Source: Callorhinchus milii (Eukaryota). From it: a stretch of DNA of 64,000 bases. The notes under the pieces are model-generated. The model was not told the DNA's origin. It was given only the letters and a program-made list of their open reading frames with translations, and did not search any database. The stretch's first letter is position 1. Each line of letters begins with the position of its first letter. The translations under genes were made by a program, and so were the position numbers. Positions 1 to 12,981 of this stretch are shown here, piece by piece. The stretch spans positions 54,438,001 through 54,502,000 of the forward strand of contig NW_024704743.1 of assembly GCF_018977255.1 (NCBI RefSeq), given 5' to 3'.

Positions 1-937
1 CCATTCATCATCCAACTCCATCTACTATTTTGCTGATGATTTCACTCTACATTAATCTACTTTGGATTCCTACCCTCAGTGTCCATGTCCCTGACTCCTC
101 TCACAGTTCCATAATTGAATCATAATAATAATAGTAATCCTTGCATTTGATAGAATGAAACCATTTATAAATCACCATCCTTTACAATCGAGCAATAAAA
201 ATCATTTGGGTTTTAATTCCTCTAAAATACTATATAAACTGTTATTTATGTCTTTTGCAGGTTTTACCAACACCTGTTACTATTGATGGTAACACTCAGT
301 CCGTCTTCATCTCTTGCCCTCACTACCTCTTCAACAAGCCTGAAATTTCTCATAGTCTTAGCCTTAAAAAAAAACCTGAGGGCAACTAGTTTTCAAATTA
401 AGATGGGATTTGTAAGTATTTTCTAAGATTCAGAATAATCTTGATTTTTCTTTATGACCATGGTTTTAAGGCTAAGGTGAGATTAAATTTGTCATCTCAA
501 ATGATGTCCCAAAACTGTTGTCCCAAAATGCCTGTTAGTCTCTTAAAAAGCAAACATTTATTTTACTCATTACTCTCCAAAAACCTCAAGTTTGCCTGGT
601 ACTTAAACTCTGCTCCAAACACTGCTCCTTCAGCACTCCGAAATGCAATCCCACATGAAAAGTGCTCTACAAGTGCAAGTTAGAGTTGTTGCTCCACTAT
701 CTGAGAATTTTCATCTATCACTTCTTGTACTGAACAGCATACATGAGAAAGCAAATGGTCTGAATGATGAACTTTCTCTCACTAATTCACTAGGTTATTT
801 CCTAACCTTTCCATCTTATTCAGAAACAAATCTTGAAAATGTAATGACCATTTCAAAAGTACAGCGCTGATAGGTTTGGTCAGTAATTGCTGAATTATTA
901 ATTCTATTAATTCTATTGCTCAAACTCCGCAATTCCA

Positions 938-1362
938 AATGGTGGAACCATCACTCAATGTGAAGGGATATGTGTCCAAGCTACGGCCAGAAAGATGGTG
1001 CCAATACTCGCATGCATTTCATGCTGCGCTGTGCTGCCCACTAAGAAGATTGCAGTGAATTCCTGGTATCTCCCATTCCTGTGGGGTCTCAGTAGTCCAG
1101 TTCCTATGCCTGGTGGGTCTGCAGAACTCCTGGGCACTGCTGATGACAGAACAGCCAGCCTGCTTATCAGCAGAACCTGGAAGGGCAGAACAGACACTGG
1201 ACACTTCCCACTCAGAGAAAGTGCGCACTCCATTCAAATAAATATCTCTGGAATTTCTATGTGTAGGTGGGATGCATGGAATTCTCAGTTTGGTTTGGAT
1301 ACTCTTAAGCATGATGATGGGTTTCCACCTGTGGGGGGAAAGTAAGCCAGGTCTCCTTGGAG
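938..1362. mobile_element. Unnamed MITE-like element with degenerate terminal inverted repeats (copy A)
   Basis: Right arm ATCTCTGGAA...GGATGCATGG...TTTGGTTTGGATACTCTTAAGCATGATGATGGGTTTCCAC (~1244-1332) recurs at 25680-25787 (-) and ~26103-26179 (+). The left end GGTGGAACCATCACTCAATG (~941-960) is a degenerate reverse complement of the right end. Confidence 0.5.
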
Positions 1363-2119
1363 CTGAACTGGTTCTAAGGTAGTCCAAAAAGTTTAACTAT
1401 GAGTTTATAATTTCCAGCTAAGAGGGTTGAGTTAAGCTCTCTGTCCCCTCCCTTGCTCTTCTTATCTGCCTCCTCTTGTAACTGATGTTTCTTATTTTGA
1501 CCTCAGGCGTTTTGTGGTGGCTTTGCATTTCCTCTTTGGAAGGATTTGTATTTATGGGGCTGGAGAGGGTCACCCTCTCTTGTTTGTGTGATTCTGTCCT
1601 GCCTTCACTGTATTACTCTCTTTTACTCCTGATACAATGGAAACAAACATAGGATTTTTAAATTATATCTTCAGTATTGGGAGAGGAACATTTATTTGTT
1701 GGACAAAGGATATGCGCTGATTTGCTGGATGAGGGTTGGTGACTTATTGGGGTGAAAATGCCGTGTTGATATGAATTTCTGAACAAGATGATTTGATTGT
1801 TTTTAACAAAAGCCTTTTTATCCCAAAAGGAATTGAATATGATTCAAATTCTGGTTATCTAAATAAACGATTCTATTATCATACAAAATAAGTCATGATT
1901 ATCACAATGGCAAATACCGGTTTCATGCCAACTTTTCGAAGCTGAAAATAAATATGGGTATAATCACTAGTTCACTGTATGCTGCACAATATTTGTATTG
2001 TAAAACAACTTCTCACAATGCTAAACAACTATTGCCAAGAGTTAATCCTTCATGGCACATTCAATGCCCATGTTTTCGCTACACAGAAAAACAAGTCAAA
2101 CAGTCAAATCTTTTTATTT

Positions 2120-2500
2120 TCAAAAGAGTATGGTTTCTATCAGGCTTATTTGGTGTACAAAATTAAGATGGTTTTGACAAGGTAAACAGGGAAGCGTTAG
2201 TTCCATTAATAGAGGAGTCAGTGACTAGGGGACATAGTTATCAGCTAACCACAAGAACAGCAAAAGAACTTTGGAGGAATTTCACCCAGAGAGTTGCTGT
2301 GATGTGGAATGGGTGGTGGAGGCAGAGTCCATTGCAGCTTTCAAGAGGGAAATAAACAGGCAAATGAAAGAGAAGGGCTTGAAGGGGTTTGGGGATAAGA
2401 TGGGATGGTGGGATTGAACTGATTTCCTTATGCTGTGAATCTGTGTGGACTCAAATGGGCCGAATAGCCTCTTTCTGTGCTGTAGATTTCTGTTTCTATC
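2120..2500 (+). mobile_element. CR1 LINE 3' fragment (degenerate)
   Basis: Similar to the CR1 3' ends at 14700-15073 and 29820-30206, including GGGCCGAATAGCCTCTTTCTGTGCTGTA before the tail. Confidence 0.7.
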
Positions 2501-2629
2501 AAGAACTTGCCCACAACTCTGTACAGCAATCTCTAGCAGTTATATAAACTGAAATCTTTCACTGTTAGCTAACAGGTTGTGGATTTCTATTCTCTGAGAC
2601 AACATAATACAGCACATCTAAAGTAGATC

Positions 2630-2790
2630 TGAAGAGAAGTAGATAATTATTTGTGGAGGACAGGTTTGCAGGGCTATGGGGAGAGCACGGAGGTGTGGGA
2701 TTGATTTGGAAAGCTCTTATCAAAGAGTTGGCACAGACACGATGGGCTGAATGACTCCTATTGTTCTGTATAATTCTATGATTCTATGAT
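2630..2790 (+). mobile_element. CR1 LINE 3' end
   Basis: Near-identical to 14930-15073 and ends in the (TTCTATGA)n CR1 tail. Confidence 0.8.
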
Positions 2791-3974
2791 TTTATGGTCT
2801 GCTGAGAGCTGCATCCGAGGTGAGGTGGCTACTCTCTCCTCTAACACATTATAAACCCTGACTGATTATAAAAAAGTTGTCTTCTAACTTGTTCTGAATT
2901 ACAATGACAAAACCGGAGTAAAAAACATTAATTAATATTTGGAACACAAGTTGTATGGGTCGTCAGTTGGGTAATAAATCATGAGCTTCTTTATTCTGAA
3001 CTGGGCTGTTTCTGTATGAGAAATTGATTTGCATATTCTTACCTTTCTACTCCTGCCGTTGAGAAACCAGGATGACTAACCTCACTGTATAATACAGACA
3101 AAGAACATTGCAGACTTGAAGGCACACTGTACATTCATGTTACAGCATGCTTTCTGCCTGGCCTTTGTACAATAACAATTCTGCACTAGCAATAATTGAC
3201 CACTATTTTTTCACACCATCACATATACTGCTAAAATGTCTTTCAGAACACTTGAAGAATCCTGCTACAGAAATAGTTTTGCCACTAGACTTTTTTTTTC
3301 TGGTAACTTTGCTTTCGCCACTCACAATTCACTTTTTGCCAATCTCCTATGGTTGCTAATTAAAAACATACATGATGGGCCTAATGGCCTTTTTCTGTGC
3401 TGTAAATTTTTATGGTTCCATGGAATCTTGTAATTTCTGGTTTGAAAATAATCGGATCAGATTGCCAGATTGAAGCTGTAAATTTGGTCTATATTATGCT
3501 GGGAGAGCCTAATAATACTGGCGATCATTTTGGAAAGATTAGGCATTCTAAATTTAAGCAGCAGAAACTAAATGTGAACTGTTAATATTCTTTACATTTG
3601 ATACAGTGCTTTTTCACGTCAGGAGGCCATCTCAAAGGATTTACTGTAAAAACAATGCATGAAATACAAAAGGCAATGCTCCTCTGTGCCAGAGGCTTAA
3701 ATCTTCACAGAAGCTTTGGGCAAAGAAACTAAATTAAGTGTGAAACAGGATTGGGTTGTAACTTTTAACAGGAGGCTAAATTTAGCACAGATACTGAAGC
3801 AGAATTTAATGTTAACAGAAGCTCTCTGCAGCAACACATCAATCGCCAAATGCAAAGAATAAATACTAAATTAATTACACTAACTAATTCGCTAAGAAAT
3901 CTGATTAAAAACAACTTGAATAGATATTTAAAAAATAAGAATAACTTTCTTAACTTTAAAACTTTCAGGTATAA

Positions 3975-4140
3975 ACCTGGCTCAGTAAATAGAAATCTAG
4001 CCTCTGAGTCAGAAAGCTGTGGGTTCAAACCCCACATCAGGACTTAGAGCTCAAATCTGACACCCCAGTGCTGTGCTGGGGCTTGGTTGTGTTGTTGGAG
4101 AAGCTGTCCTTTAGAAGAGACCTTAAATTGAGGTCATGTA
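3975..4140 (+). mobile_element. Old tRNA-derived Deu-type SINE, 5' part
   Basis: A-box-like TGGCTCAGT, then CCTCTGAGTCAGAAAG and B-box-like GGTTCAAACCC. Related copies lie on the - strand at ~17770-18040, ~22420-22510 and ~37815-38140. Confidence 0.6.
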
Positions 4141-6404
4141 TGTGCTGGTCCTCTCTCACATGAGCTATTGATTCAAATCTCATTCCCCTGCATTTTCTAT
4201 AACTTTTAATCTTGATTTGTCATTACATATTTGTTTTGTTCCCTTTTAAATATTCATGGTCTCTCTTTTGATAGCCATTTGTGGCAAAGCATTTCACATT
4301 GTAACAACTTACACTGCAAATATATTTCTTCTAACGTTCCATGTTTTTTCTTCTATTGTTAATCATCAGTTTATGCCCTTTTGTTACTGACTCAAACTGT
4401 GGAAAAATCTTTCTTTAACCTAAATGTATAAAGACACAACAGCGTGCAAAATTTTAATTGCTTTCCCAGTAACCAGTGTTGGCCCTGCAATGTATCAGCT
4501 GCCCTAAGAACACAAATTACAGTGCAACATAGCTTGTCTACATAAAGACTACATGTAATTGTGGGCATGGAAAGAAGTTAACAGATTGGACAAGAACAAC
4601 AGCCTCATAAATTCAGAATTTATCTCAATCAAAAGATTTGAATAAGGCTGTTAAGCAAGAAAGGAATCCAATGTTTTCCATTCACATTCTTGTGGCTGAA
4701 TCCAAAATATTTTAGATGCTAATTAAGAATTTTGGAAAATAGAATTTGATTCAGAGAGTGCTACCCTTGTGGGACATTGCTATGAATAAATTGGCTGCCA
4801 CATGTGACTACAAAGTCACTACACTTTGCAATCAAATCCCATGAAGCGCTTTGAAAAGTCTTAATAATGTGGTAAGGTGCTAGATCAAATGCAAGCATTA
4901 TTATTATTATTATTACTTTGTGGGGAGTGAAGACAAAGCATATGCATTAGTTGGTGATGGTTCCATCTTTAACATATGTCCGCTCCTAATTCAGTCCTCT
5001 TAAACAATTTAAAGTCAACTCTGAAAGGTCTTGGAGAAAACTAATAACAGAAACAGAAATAAAACGTAAGAGAAAAGCAAGTAGATTAAATCTATTAAAA
5101 CAAACACCACAGCACCACAAAGGCACGACAAATAGTCTGTCACTCTGAGATTCTACCCCATGTGAAGGGCGCTATATAAATGTAAGTTGTTGACAAAGAG
5201 TCTATCATCATCTCTAAGTGTTGATAATATATACAGAGTCAGAAATTTCAACTCAGTTGGAGGTAATTGATCCATCAAACGGGGTAGTACCTCCTCCACT
5301 TACACTGTCCACCCAATTCCCTGCTCTTTCCCTCTACCTTTAAATGACGTACCCGTTCCATTGAAAGGAAATACAAATTCCATAGACTGGGATCAAACAC
5401 TAAACTATTTTAAAGGTAAACCTCTGACTGAGCTATCATGGCCATTGGCTTCTTGCTGCTTTGCAAGGTTGTATTTAAATTAAAATACAAAAGACTCATG
5501 ACTGACTGAGCATAGTTTAAAGACTGAAAGACCATAGGTCTTTCCTTGCGCACTTCTGCAGCTGGGCTGTACTGTCCAGCAAGGATGCTACACAGCTTAT
5601 TTTATAGATTTTTTTAAAGTGAATCCAGTTGTGTGGCAGCCAAGGAAAGCTGTCAGACACACTTCCATGAGATCACTCATCTGGAAACAGTTAAGCTCAA
5701 TTGTACAAGTGAATATAAATTTCTGAAGTGGAAACAGCAATTAGGGATTCTCCAAACCCATACTGAGAGCTGATTTCCAGTGCTGGGTGCTAAACAGTTT
5801 ACTTTGATAGTTTTAAAGAAAAAAAAAGGGAAGTTGTTGAAGATCTAAGAGTTGGAATACTGCACTATCTCCCTACTAAATTACGCAGTGCAATACAATT
5901 TACATTGATTTAGCACCTTTCACATCGATAGGACATCTCAAAGAGCTTGATAAAGCTAGATCGGCACCCACCCATGGGAACTGGTGGCTGGCGGAAAGAT
6001 GACCAAATGTTCAGTCAGAGAGGTACATTTTGAGACATGCCTTGAAATTAGTGTCCTATGAAGCAATACTCAAACACTGCATTCTGTGATCAGTAAGAAT
6101 AATGACAGCTGTTGAAATTTTCCTGCTTCAGACCCAGTTATTGTGCCAAAATTGTGTGTGTGTGTGTGTGGCAGGAGCAAGGGTCATCCCCATGACAAGT
6201 CAAAAAAGATCGACTGGTGACCCCAATTTTTTTCAATGTGATCATTATTATGGCGTGATCATTATCACTGCTGATGATTATCAGATCAAATGACATATTT
6301 CTCATCCCTATATTTTTATGTAACGTTGGTATAAATTGTTGGCCGCAAGCTCCAGTGATGATGTCCGATTCTTACTGGAGGACAGAAGGTTAAGCTAGGT
6401 TTTA

Positions 6405-6745
6405 TTAGCTCTTTTGAAAATTAGGAGTAGATTTGCAAGAGGAAACAGAGAAACGATTATTTCCACTAATCGGCTTGTCAAGGCATGAATTGAGGATTAT
6501 CACCAGAAGAAAAAGGGGAGGGTTAAAAAAATGTACACAGACAGTTAGAGTCTGGAATGCCTCACCACAAATGGCTGTGGATACTGAGTCCAAAACATAA
6601 TTTAAAAGGAATTTGGATAAATTATTGCGAGAAATAATATTAAAAAGTCTCGAGAAACATCTGGGGAATGAAACTGGAGTAAGTAATTCCAAAGAACAAG
6701 CTAGCACCAACACAGACACAATGGACTGAATATCCTCCTACGCTG
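6405..6745 (+). mobile_element. Old CR1 LINE 3' fragment
   Basis: Degenerate match to the CR1 3' region (TTATTTCCACT...GTCTGGAATGC...AAAGGAATTTGGATAA...ATGGACTGAA). Confidence 0.6.
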
Positions 6746-7079
6746 GTAAAACTGTTTTTTTTTGCCTTGCATTTTTGTAGCATTGAAACATTACAATAGT
6801 CTTTCAATAGTAGTTACCGTAAAATGCAGTGACTGGTTTTGTAGGAAAATTCTGTGGGCATTTGCGCACAACAAGGTTACATTAACAGCCATGAGGTGAA
6901 TGATAATTATTGGACAGGACTGAGTAAGAAACTCCCTTCCTTTTCAATAGTTTAATGGGATCTTTAACATCTGTCTGAACAGTTAGACAGTACCTTAGTT
7001 TAACATCTCATCTGAATAACTGGACCTTCGATAATGCAGTGTTACCAGATGCACCAGAGTGTCAACCTGGACTTTGATT

Positions 7080-7456
7080 TAATGTCCTCAACCTTGTCTT
7101 CAAATCTCTCCACTTCTCTGCACTCCCCTACCTCTATGACCTGCTCTCTTCTCAAAACAGTGCCCATTGCTTCGTTCCTCCGGGTCTGGCCTTCTCCTCG
7201 TCCCCTGAGTCCTCCGCTCCAACCTCGGCGGCCGTGCCTTCAGCCACTATGCCCCGAGGCTCTGTAACTCCCTTCCTCACTCCCTTGGCCTCGCCCCCTC
7301 TCTTCCTATTTTCAGGTCTCGATGAAGACATTTCTTTTCAACCGCGCCTTTGGTCACTTTCCCCCCCTCCCCCTGGCTCGGCCCCGGGATCCGTAACTGT
7401 AAAGCGTCTGAGACGCTGTCCGGCATGGAGGGCGTTATATAAATCCAAGTTGTTGG
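7080..7456 (+). mobile_element. L2 LINE 3' fragment
   Basis: Pyrimidine-rich L2 ORF2 C-terminal region (GCCGTGCCTTCAGCCACTATGCCCC) ending in GCGTTATATAAATCCAAGTTGTTG. Confidence 0.75.
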
Positions 7457-7473
7457 ATTTATATAACTATAAC

Positions 7474-7712
7474 CAAAAACACAAAATACTGCAGATCCTG
7501 GAAATCTGAAAATAAAAGCACACTAGTCACTGGGACCACTCAGCAGGTCAGGCAGCATCTATGGTGAAAGAAAAGTGAGTCGAGGTTTCGGGTCCATGTA
7601 CCACGGGACCCTGTGGGAAGGGTCGTGGACCTGAAACGTTGACTCACTTTCCTTTCTCCATAGACACTGCCTGACCTGCTAAGTGTTCCCAGCAACTTCT
7701 GTTTTTGTTTTC
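7474..7712. mobile_element. Palindromic Penelope-type non-autonomous element
   Basis: ~66-bp inverted arms at 7530-7596 and 7626-7692 (CAGCAGGTCAGGCAG / CTGCCTGACCTGCT), with GACCTGAAACGTT near the centre. A related fragment lies at ~40368-40455. Confidence 0.65.
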
Positions 7713-8589
7713 ATGACTTCTACTATGTTTTTGTAGTACTTTTTCATTCACAGGCAGCAATTTAGGAATGCCAGGCAATTTTATTAGCATTTTGTTGTAA
7801 AAACATCATTACGCTGACTGTTCTTCCTTTTCTTTACAACAATAAGAATTTTGAGCCCAGTGTTGTTATAATCATTGGTGAATGATCATGAATTCATTCG
7901 CTTTTCATTTACAAAATGCTACATAGATGAGTAATTTATATTGATTTTTTTTGTGCACAATCAAAAAATATAGCCTTAAGCAATTCAAGGTAACTTACCA
8001 AAAATGTGACTGTATATCATTCATGCCATGCAAGAATTAAGAGATAACAAGATACATTGCTACCATTCAAATTCACAATACCAGATTGCATCAAAATTTC
8101 ACTTCTAAATGATCTAGATTATGGCTAGTTTATTTTGTTTATAATTATCATTTAGTGGCTATATGTAGAATACTACTATGCGCAAACACCTACAAAATAA
8201 ACAGTAACAACACTTTACAGTAATTCCTGTGAACCACTTTGAAATGTTTTGATGATATGATAAGATGTATATTCACTTCATGGCTGTTTGGGGAACACTG
8301 CTGTGGGTAAATTGGCTGCCACATTCACCCACAAAATACACAGTCGCTCACGTGAACTAACTTAATAATTTAAACTTAAGGTTTTAACCCACTTACAGTC
8401 ACAGTGTACACATTTGCCAGCTTCTCATTGACAAATGCACTCATTTTAATAGCATAATACATGCAGGGCATGTGGAAAATGTCCCCATTTGTGCTATCCA
8501 GTCCCTGGGCTAAAAGGAACCTTCAAGGAGCCTGATGCATCTATCTTGTTAACAAAGAGCAGCACTGGTTGAAGAAACACTGGGAAGAA

Positions 8590-8830
8590 GAAAATCAGAT
8601 TAAATAATTAGTGTCAATTAGCCCCAGCAAAATCATTCTGCAAACAATTGGTCTCAAGTGCCCTGCTTAATTATGTGCAACTTTCACTGCTCCTTATCAA
8701 GTCAAGTGTCTGCCTTGATTCATGTTTGACTCTTGAGTTTCCCAGAGGTGTAATTAATTATTGTCTGGTAAACAAATCCTTGGTAATTAATGACACCGAC
8801 AAACAATACAGTTTCTTATTACCAAAAGCA
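8590..8830. promoter_or_regulatory. Candidate conserved non-coding element / enhancer
   Basis: Non-repetitive block dense in TAAT/TAATTA, with FOX-like GTAAACAA (8768-8775) and TGACA/TGTCA sites. Conservation not tested. Confidence 0.35.
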
Positions 8831-9267
8831 AGATTTTATGTGTTGTTTACTCTAGCTTTAATACGTCTCAAATGCCTCTTATTTCAGAATATTTCATTTT
8901 TTATTTAATGCATGTACTGTAATTAATATCAAGAGAAGAAACTGTATTGGCACTAGCTATCTAAGCAGTTGACAGCATTGAAAATGGTAAAATGCTTTTT
9001 TATATAATTATTTCTAAGAAATTTAATCATGATTACATTTATTGTAGACTTTTTAAACATGGATATATATACATATGAAAGTTTGCATAGAGCATTCACC
9101 TACAGTAACAAAGGGCTGTAATCTTAATAAAATAATATGCTTGAATTAGTATATTTTTACTTATATTCATTAAGGATAACCATAAGACATGAAATGTTGT
9201 TTATAGTTTGGGGCTAGACATGCTTTGCTGTTTGTGTTTCTTGTGTTCCTTACAACAGATTTATTAA

Positions 9268-9588
9268 GTGGAGTCCTGTAGCTCAGTGGTTAAAGCACTC
9301 GCTTCACAAGCGAGAGACCTGGGTTTGATTCCCAGCAAGATGAAACCTTGGGCAAGTTTCCTTATTCCACACGCCTGATAATAAGCCCTCAAGAAAAAAA
9401 ANCAATAATAAAATTGGTTAATTCAATCCATGACTGTTTGTGGGACACTGCTGTGCATAATTGGCTGCCGCGTTTCACCCACAAATATACAGTCAATTCG
9501 CTTTACAGTATTTCCTGCAAAGCGCTTTGAGACGTCTAGAAGACATGAAAAGCACTATATCAAAATGCAAGGATTATTATTATTATTA
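9268..9588 (+). mobile_element. Young tRNA-derived SINE, short variant
   Basis: GTGGAGTCCTGTAGCTCAGTGGTT head, B-box-like GGGTTTGATTCCC, AATTGGCTGCCGCGTTTC body and (ATT)n tail. TTATTAAG flanks both ends (9261-9268, 9583-9590). Confidence 0.9.
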
Positions 9589-12500
9589 AGCGCTGTTCTC
9601 TCCACTCTGTAAGTTTAGCCTAAGGCATTTTTATATCTCTAACTTAACTTTATATTTGCATCAAAGTGGTGTTTCTTATATTAAATCCCCTTAAAGGGCA
9701 GTGATAGAAATTAGCTAAATTTACTGAATGCAGCTTAACTGTTAGATCTTTCAGTTGGTACCCAGTAGCCTGTTCAGGTGGACTTTAAAAATCCCAGGAC
9801 ACTTCTCGAAAGGAGAAGCGAGTTGCTGCAAATCATCTAGATTAATTGGTCATTCACCTCATGTCTATCTATGAGACATTTCTGGTACAAGTGGCTGCTG
9901 CTTTTGCTACAAAAAAACAGCCACTGCATTTTACAATAATTACGTGCAAAGCACTTTGAGACAGTTTGATGTGATAAGATGCTTTAAAAAATGCAAGCTC
10001 TTTCTTTACAACCCTTATGATCAGATTCATCATGCAAAGCACACAAAACAGAATAACCTTTTGAGTTAATAAAATTATCCTCAGGTCCAGTTAAAGAAAG
10101 ACAAAAAAAATCATGATCACTAAGAGTAAACTTAAAAAACATTGAATTAGGAACTGTGAACAGAAGTTATATTTCCATGGGTGAAATAAGCAACAGTCAC
10201 AAGACAACACAGAATTTTTCCCATAATACCCCGTGATGACAGGGTTGGGCATGTTTAGGAAGATATGTCAAAACATATCTTCCAAGGGAAGAAAGGCAAA
10301 ATAGTATTTTGGGAATAATTTCAATCCTACTAACTCTTCAATAATTCTGTCTGTTTTATACTTTGGATTTATAACAAATGATTGAATTTTTTTTAAAAAA
10401 GTCACTGAATTCATGGTTTTAATTAAATTTCCACTATTCACCCACCATTCAACAGGGCTGTCCTCCCATGCTTTGTGTAGGTCTCTTCAAAATTCATGAG
10501 ATTTTTTATACAATGAATTGCTTCCAATTTAGTGAATTGTAATCCAGACCATTAAGAATCATTGAAATGCATATTTTTGGGTGATAACAACAAACAATGA
10601 TAATAACATAAACAGGTTTCATTGCTGTTAAACTAATGATTTGTTTAATACAATTTAAAACATATGTTATTTGCAGTTTCAAAATAAAATAATTGCACAA
10701 ACCAAATTTCAAATGGGGCATAAAACAATGGGAAAACCATTTCCAAACTTAAAGTGTAAAATTACTGGCAAAGGACAAATTAAAGCAAGCTCAATATTTT
10801 TTTCAAATCTGCTTTAACCATCTTTGATTGCAGTAAAAGCTGTTCAAAACACTGGAACGATATTTAAAGCAGAATCATTAATTCAACACAAATGTACACC
10901 TTGCAAATATATTTACAAGTTATACTTAATACAAATCTTTATGTCAAATTGCAGTTGCAGCCAGGAAGTATAACACAATGTACAGAGAAAGCAGACAGCA
11001 GGCACAATGACATGTTAAATTACCCACATGATGTATAGCTTAATGAACCCCCTTGTGTTGATCAGGCTTGGCATTAATCAACAGCCATGAACAGATTCCC
11101 TTATTTTCTCAATGCTTTTCTGATAAACTGCAATTTCATTTAACCTTGGACAGGAACTGTAATAGCTTCCATGGGACAACTGTCAGTACTTTCCTGGGTA
11201 TACAGTGATTAAATTGCAAGGCAGAAGGGTTGCGATGAATTTTCTTCAGTGAAGTGAAGAATCTTCAGTCTCATTAAGTATTTGAATATAACAAAGAACA
11301 TCTAAACTGTTGAATACAAAGCAAGGATCTTAAGATAATTTCATGTTGTTTGAATTCACTTGTAAAGTGAAGCAAAAAAAATCCTGTGAGATTTATAAAT
11401 AGTTTTTCTACTTTCATTTCCTCGTTTATAGTCTGCAGTCATCGCAAAAGATAAATTGTGTAATGCAAACAGGAGGTATTGTAGATGGGGTTTTGAATGA
11501 GAAAATATACAGATAATACCATTACTGTGGCACAGAGGTGCTCCACATTTATAGTTAAGAAGACAAAGAAACATTTGTAGTTTATTTATTAAGAATATGA
11601 TGTACTTCTATTGTGAGGAAATTGGCACAGGCCTTACAATGCTCATATTTATTTGGACACAGAGTATTTACTCTTTCACAATGACAAATAAAGGAGACAC
11701 TTATGCCCTTAAAGGTGACTCTGTTCAAATAAGAACAACCTAAACTACAGTATATGAATTACAAATCATAAACATAGTTGTCGACTGAATTTATTTATGA
11801 TAGAGCCATTTATACAGTAGAAGTACCCACAACATATCTACATAAGTAGTCAGCAAAGCACAGATAATATGCTAGATTTTTATGAAATGATAGTTAATCC
11901 CAGTGTTTTTTTTAGTTTGTTTCCTAGTTTTGAGAGTGCAATGGTTTTATAGCTTTCTTTCTTTCCATAAATGTTCAATGAATCAAATATATCAGCAAAA
12001 AAAATCTGCAACCATTTAGCATACATTAATCACCAGGGTAACTGTTGCTATCTGCTAAAAACAATAGCAGAGGGCGGTGAAGGAGAATAGAAAGCAAGCA
12101 AAAGGCTAAGCAATTGTCAGGTCAAAGAATACTATCTCCCTACTATGCATGTCAAATAAAATCAGATACTCCGAAGTCTGGACGAGGGTGGCATCAAAAT
12201 CAGAATCAGAAAGTTGTGCCAGAAATCACACAGTTTGGAGAAAGCAAATTCAATATTTTAGTTTAAAGAGCATATATAACTGTTTATGTTCAGTTCAGAA
12301 TATACATCAATTACTTTGTTTCATTAATAACATACAGCTTGAGATTTTCCAAGTTAAAAGGGTACTACTTTTAAAATATATATCTTTTAATATTGCAAGT
12401 AAAATTAGAACTCTGATTGAGAAAATATACTGGCTACACCTTGTTATATTGGATAGTTGCAAATGAGATGTGTGGATCTGAATGTGTTCTTTGAAAAGAT

Positions 12501-12981
12501 TCCTGCTTCCCAGATATTACACATTCAGATGAGAGAACATTGATTGAATGCCTGCATGTCTGTGAGTCTGTGAATGCCTCTTCTTCACAGTTTGTAAAAT
12601 ATCAAGTTGTTTTTCATTACATTCCAGCTTCAAGGATAACATTGACTGCCAAAGCACCAAACACCATTGAGACATCAGACAAAAGACAAAAAAACATATA
12701 TCGAGGGTGAAAATTGGATATATCATCACATTGAATCTGATTTTGAATATCAAAATTTACCCTAGTTTATTTTTCAATGGGAATTGGTTATCCGGGGCTC
12801 TAAGACAAATGTATGATTGAAACAGATAAATATGGTTTTATCTGTATTTAATATGAAGCATTTTTCAGAATTCATAACCATGTCAAAGTTACTCCTGGTT
12901 ACATCAATAGCTCATTCCACAATTCAGTTACAGTATTCTGTGTAAAAATGTGTCTATGTTATTCATTTCAAGCACTTTAAG

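Noticed and set aside
955..1387. Overlapping 92-122 aa ORFs
   Set aside because: They lie within the MITE-like repeat, have no recognisable protein motif and no splice support.
9268..9340. tRNA-like sequences here and at 19495, 24880, 31973 and 34061
   Set aside because: These are SINE heads that continue into SINE body and tail, with many substitutions; they are not tRNA genes.
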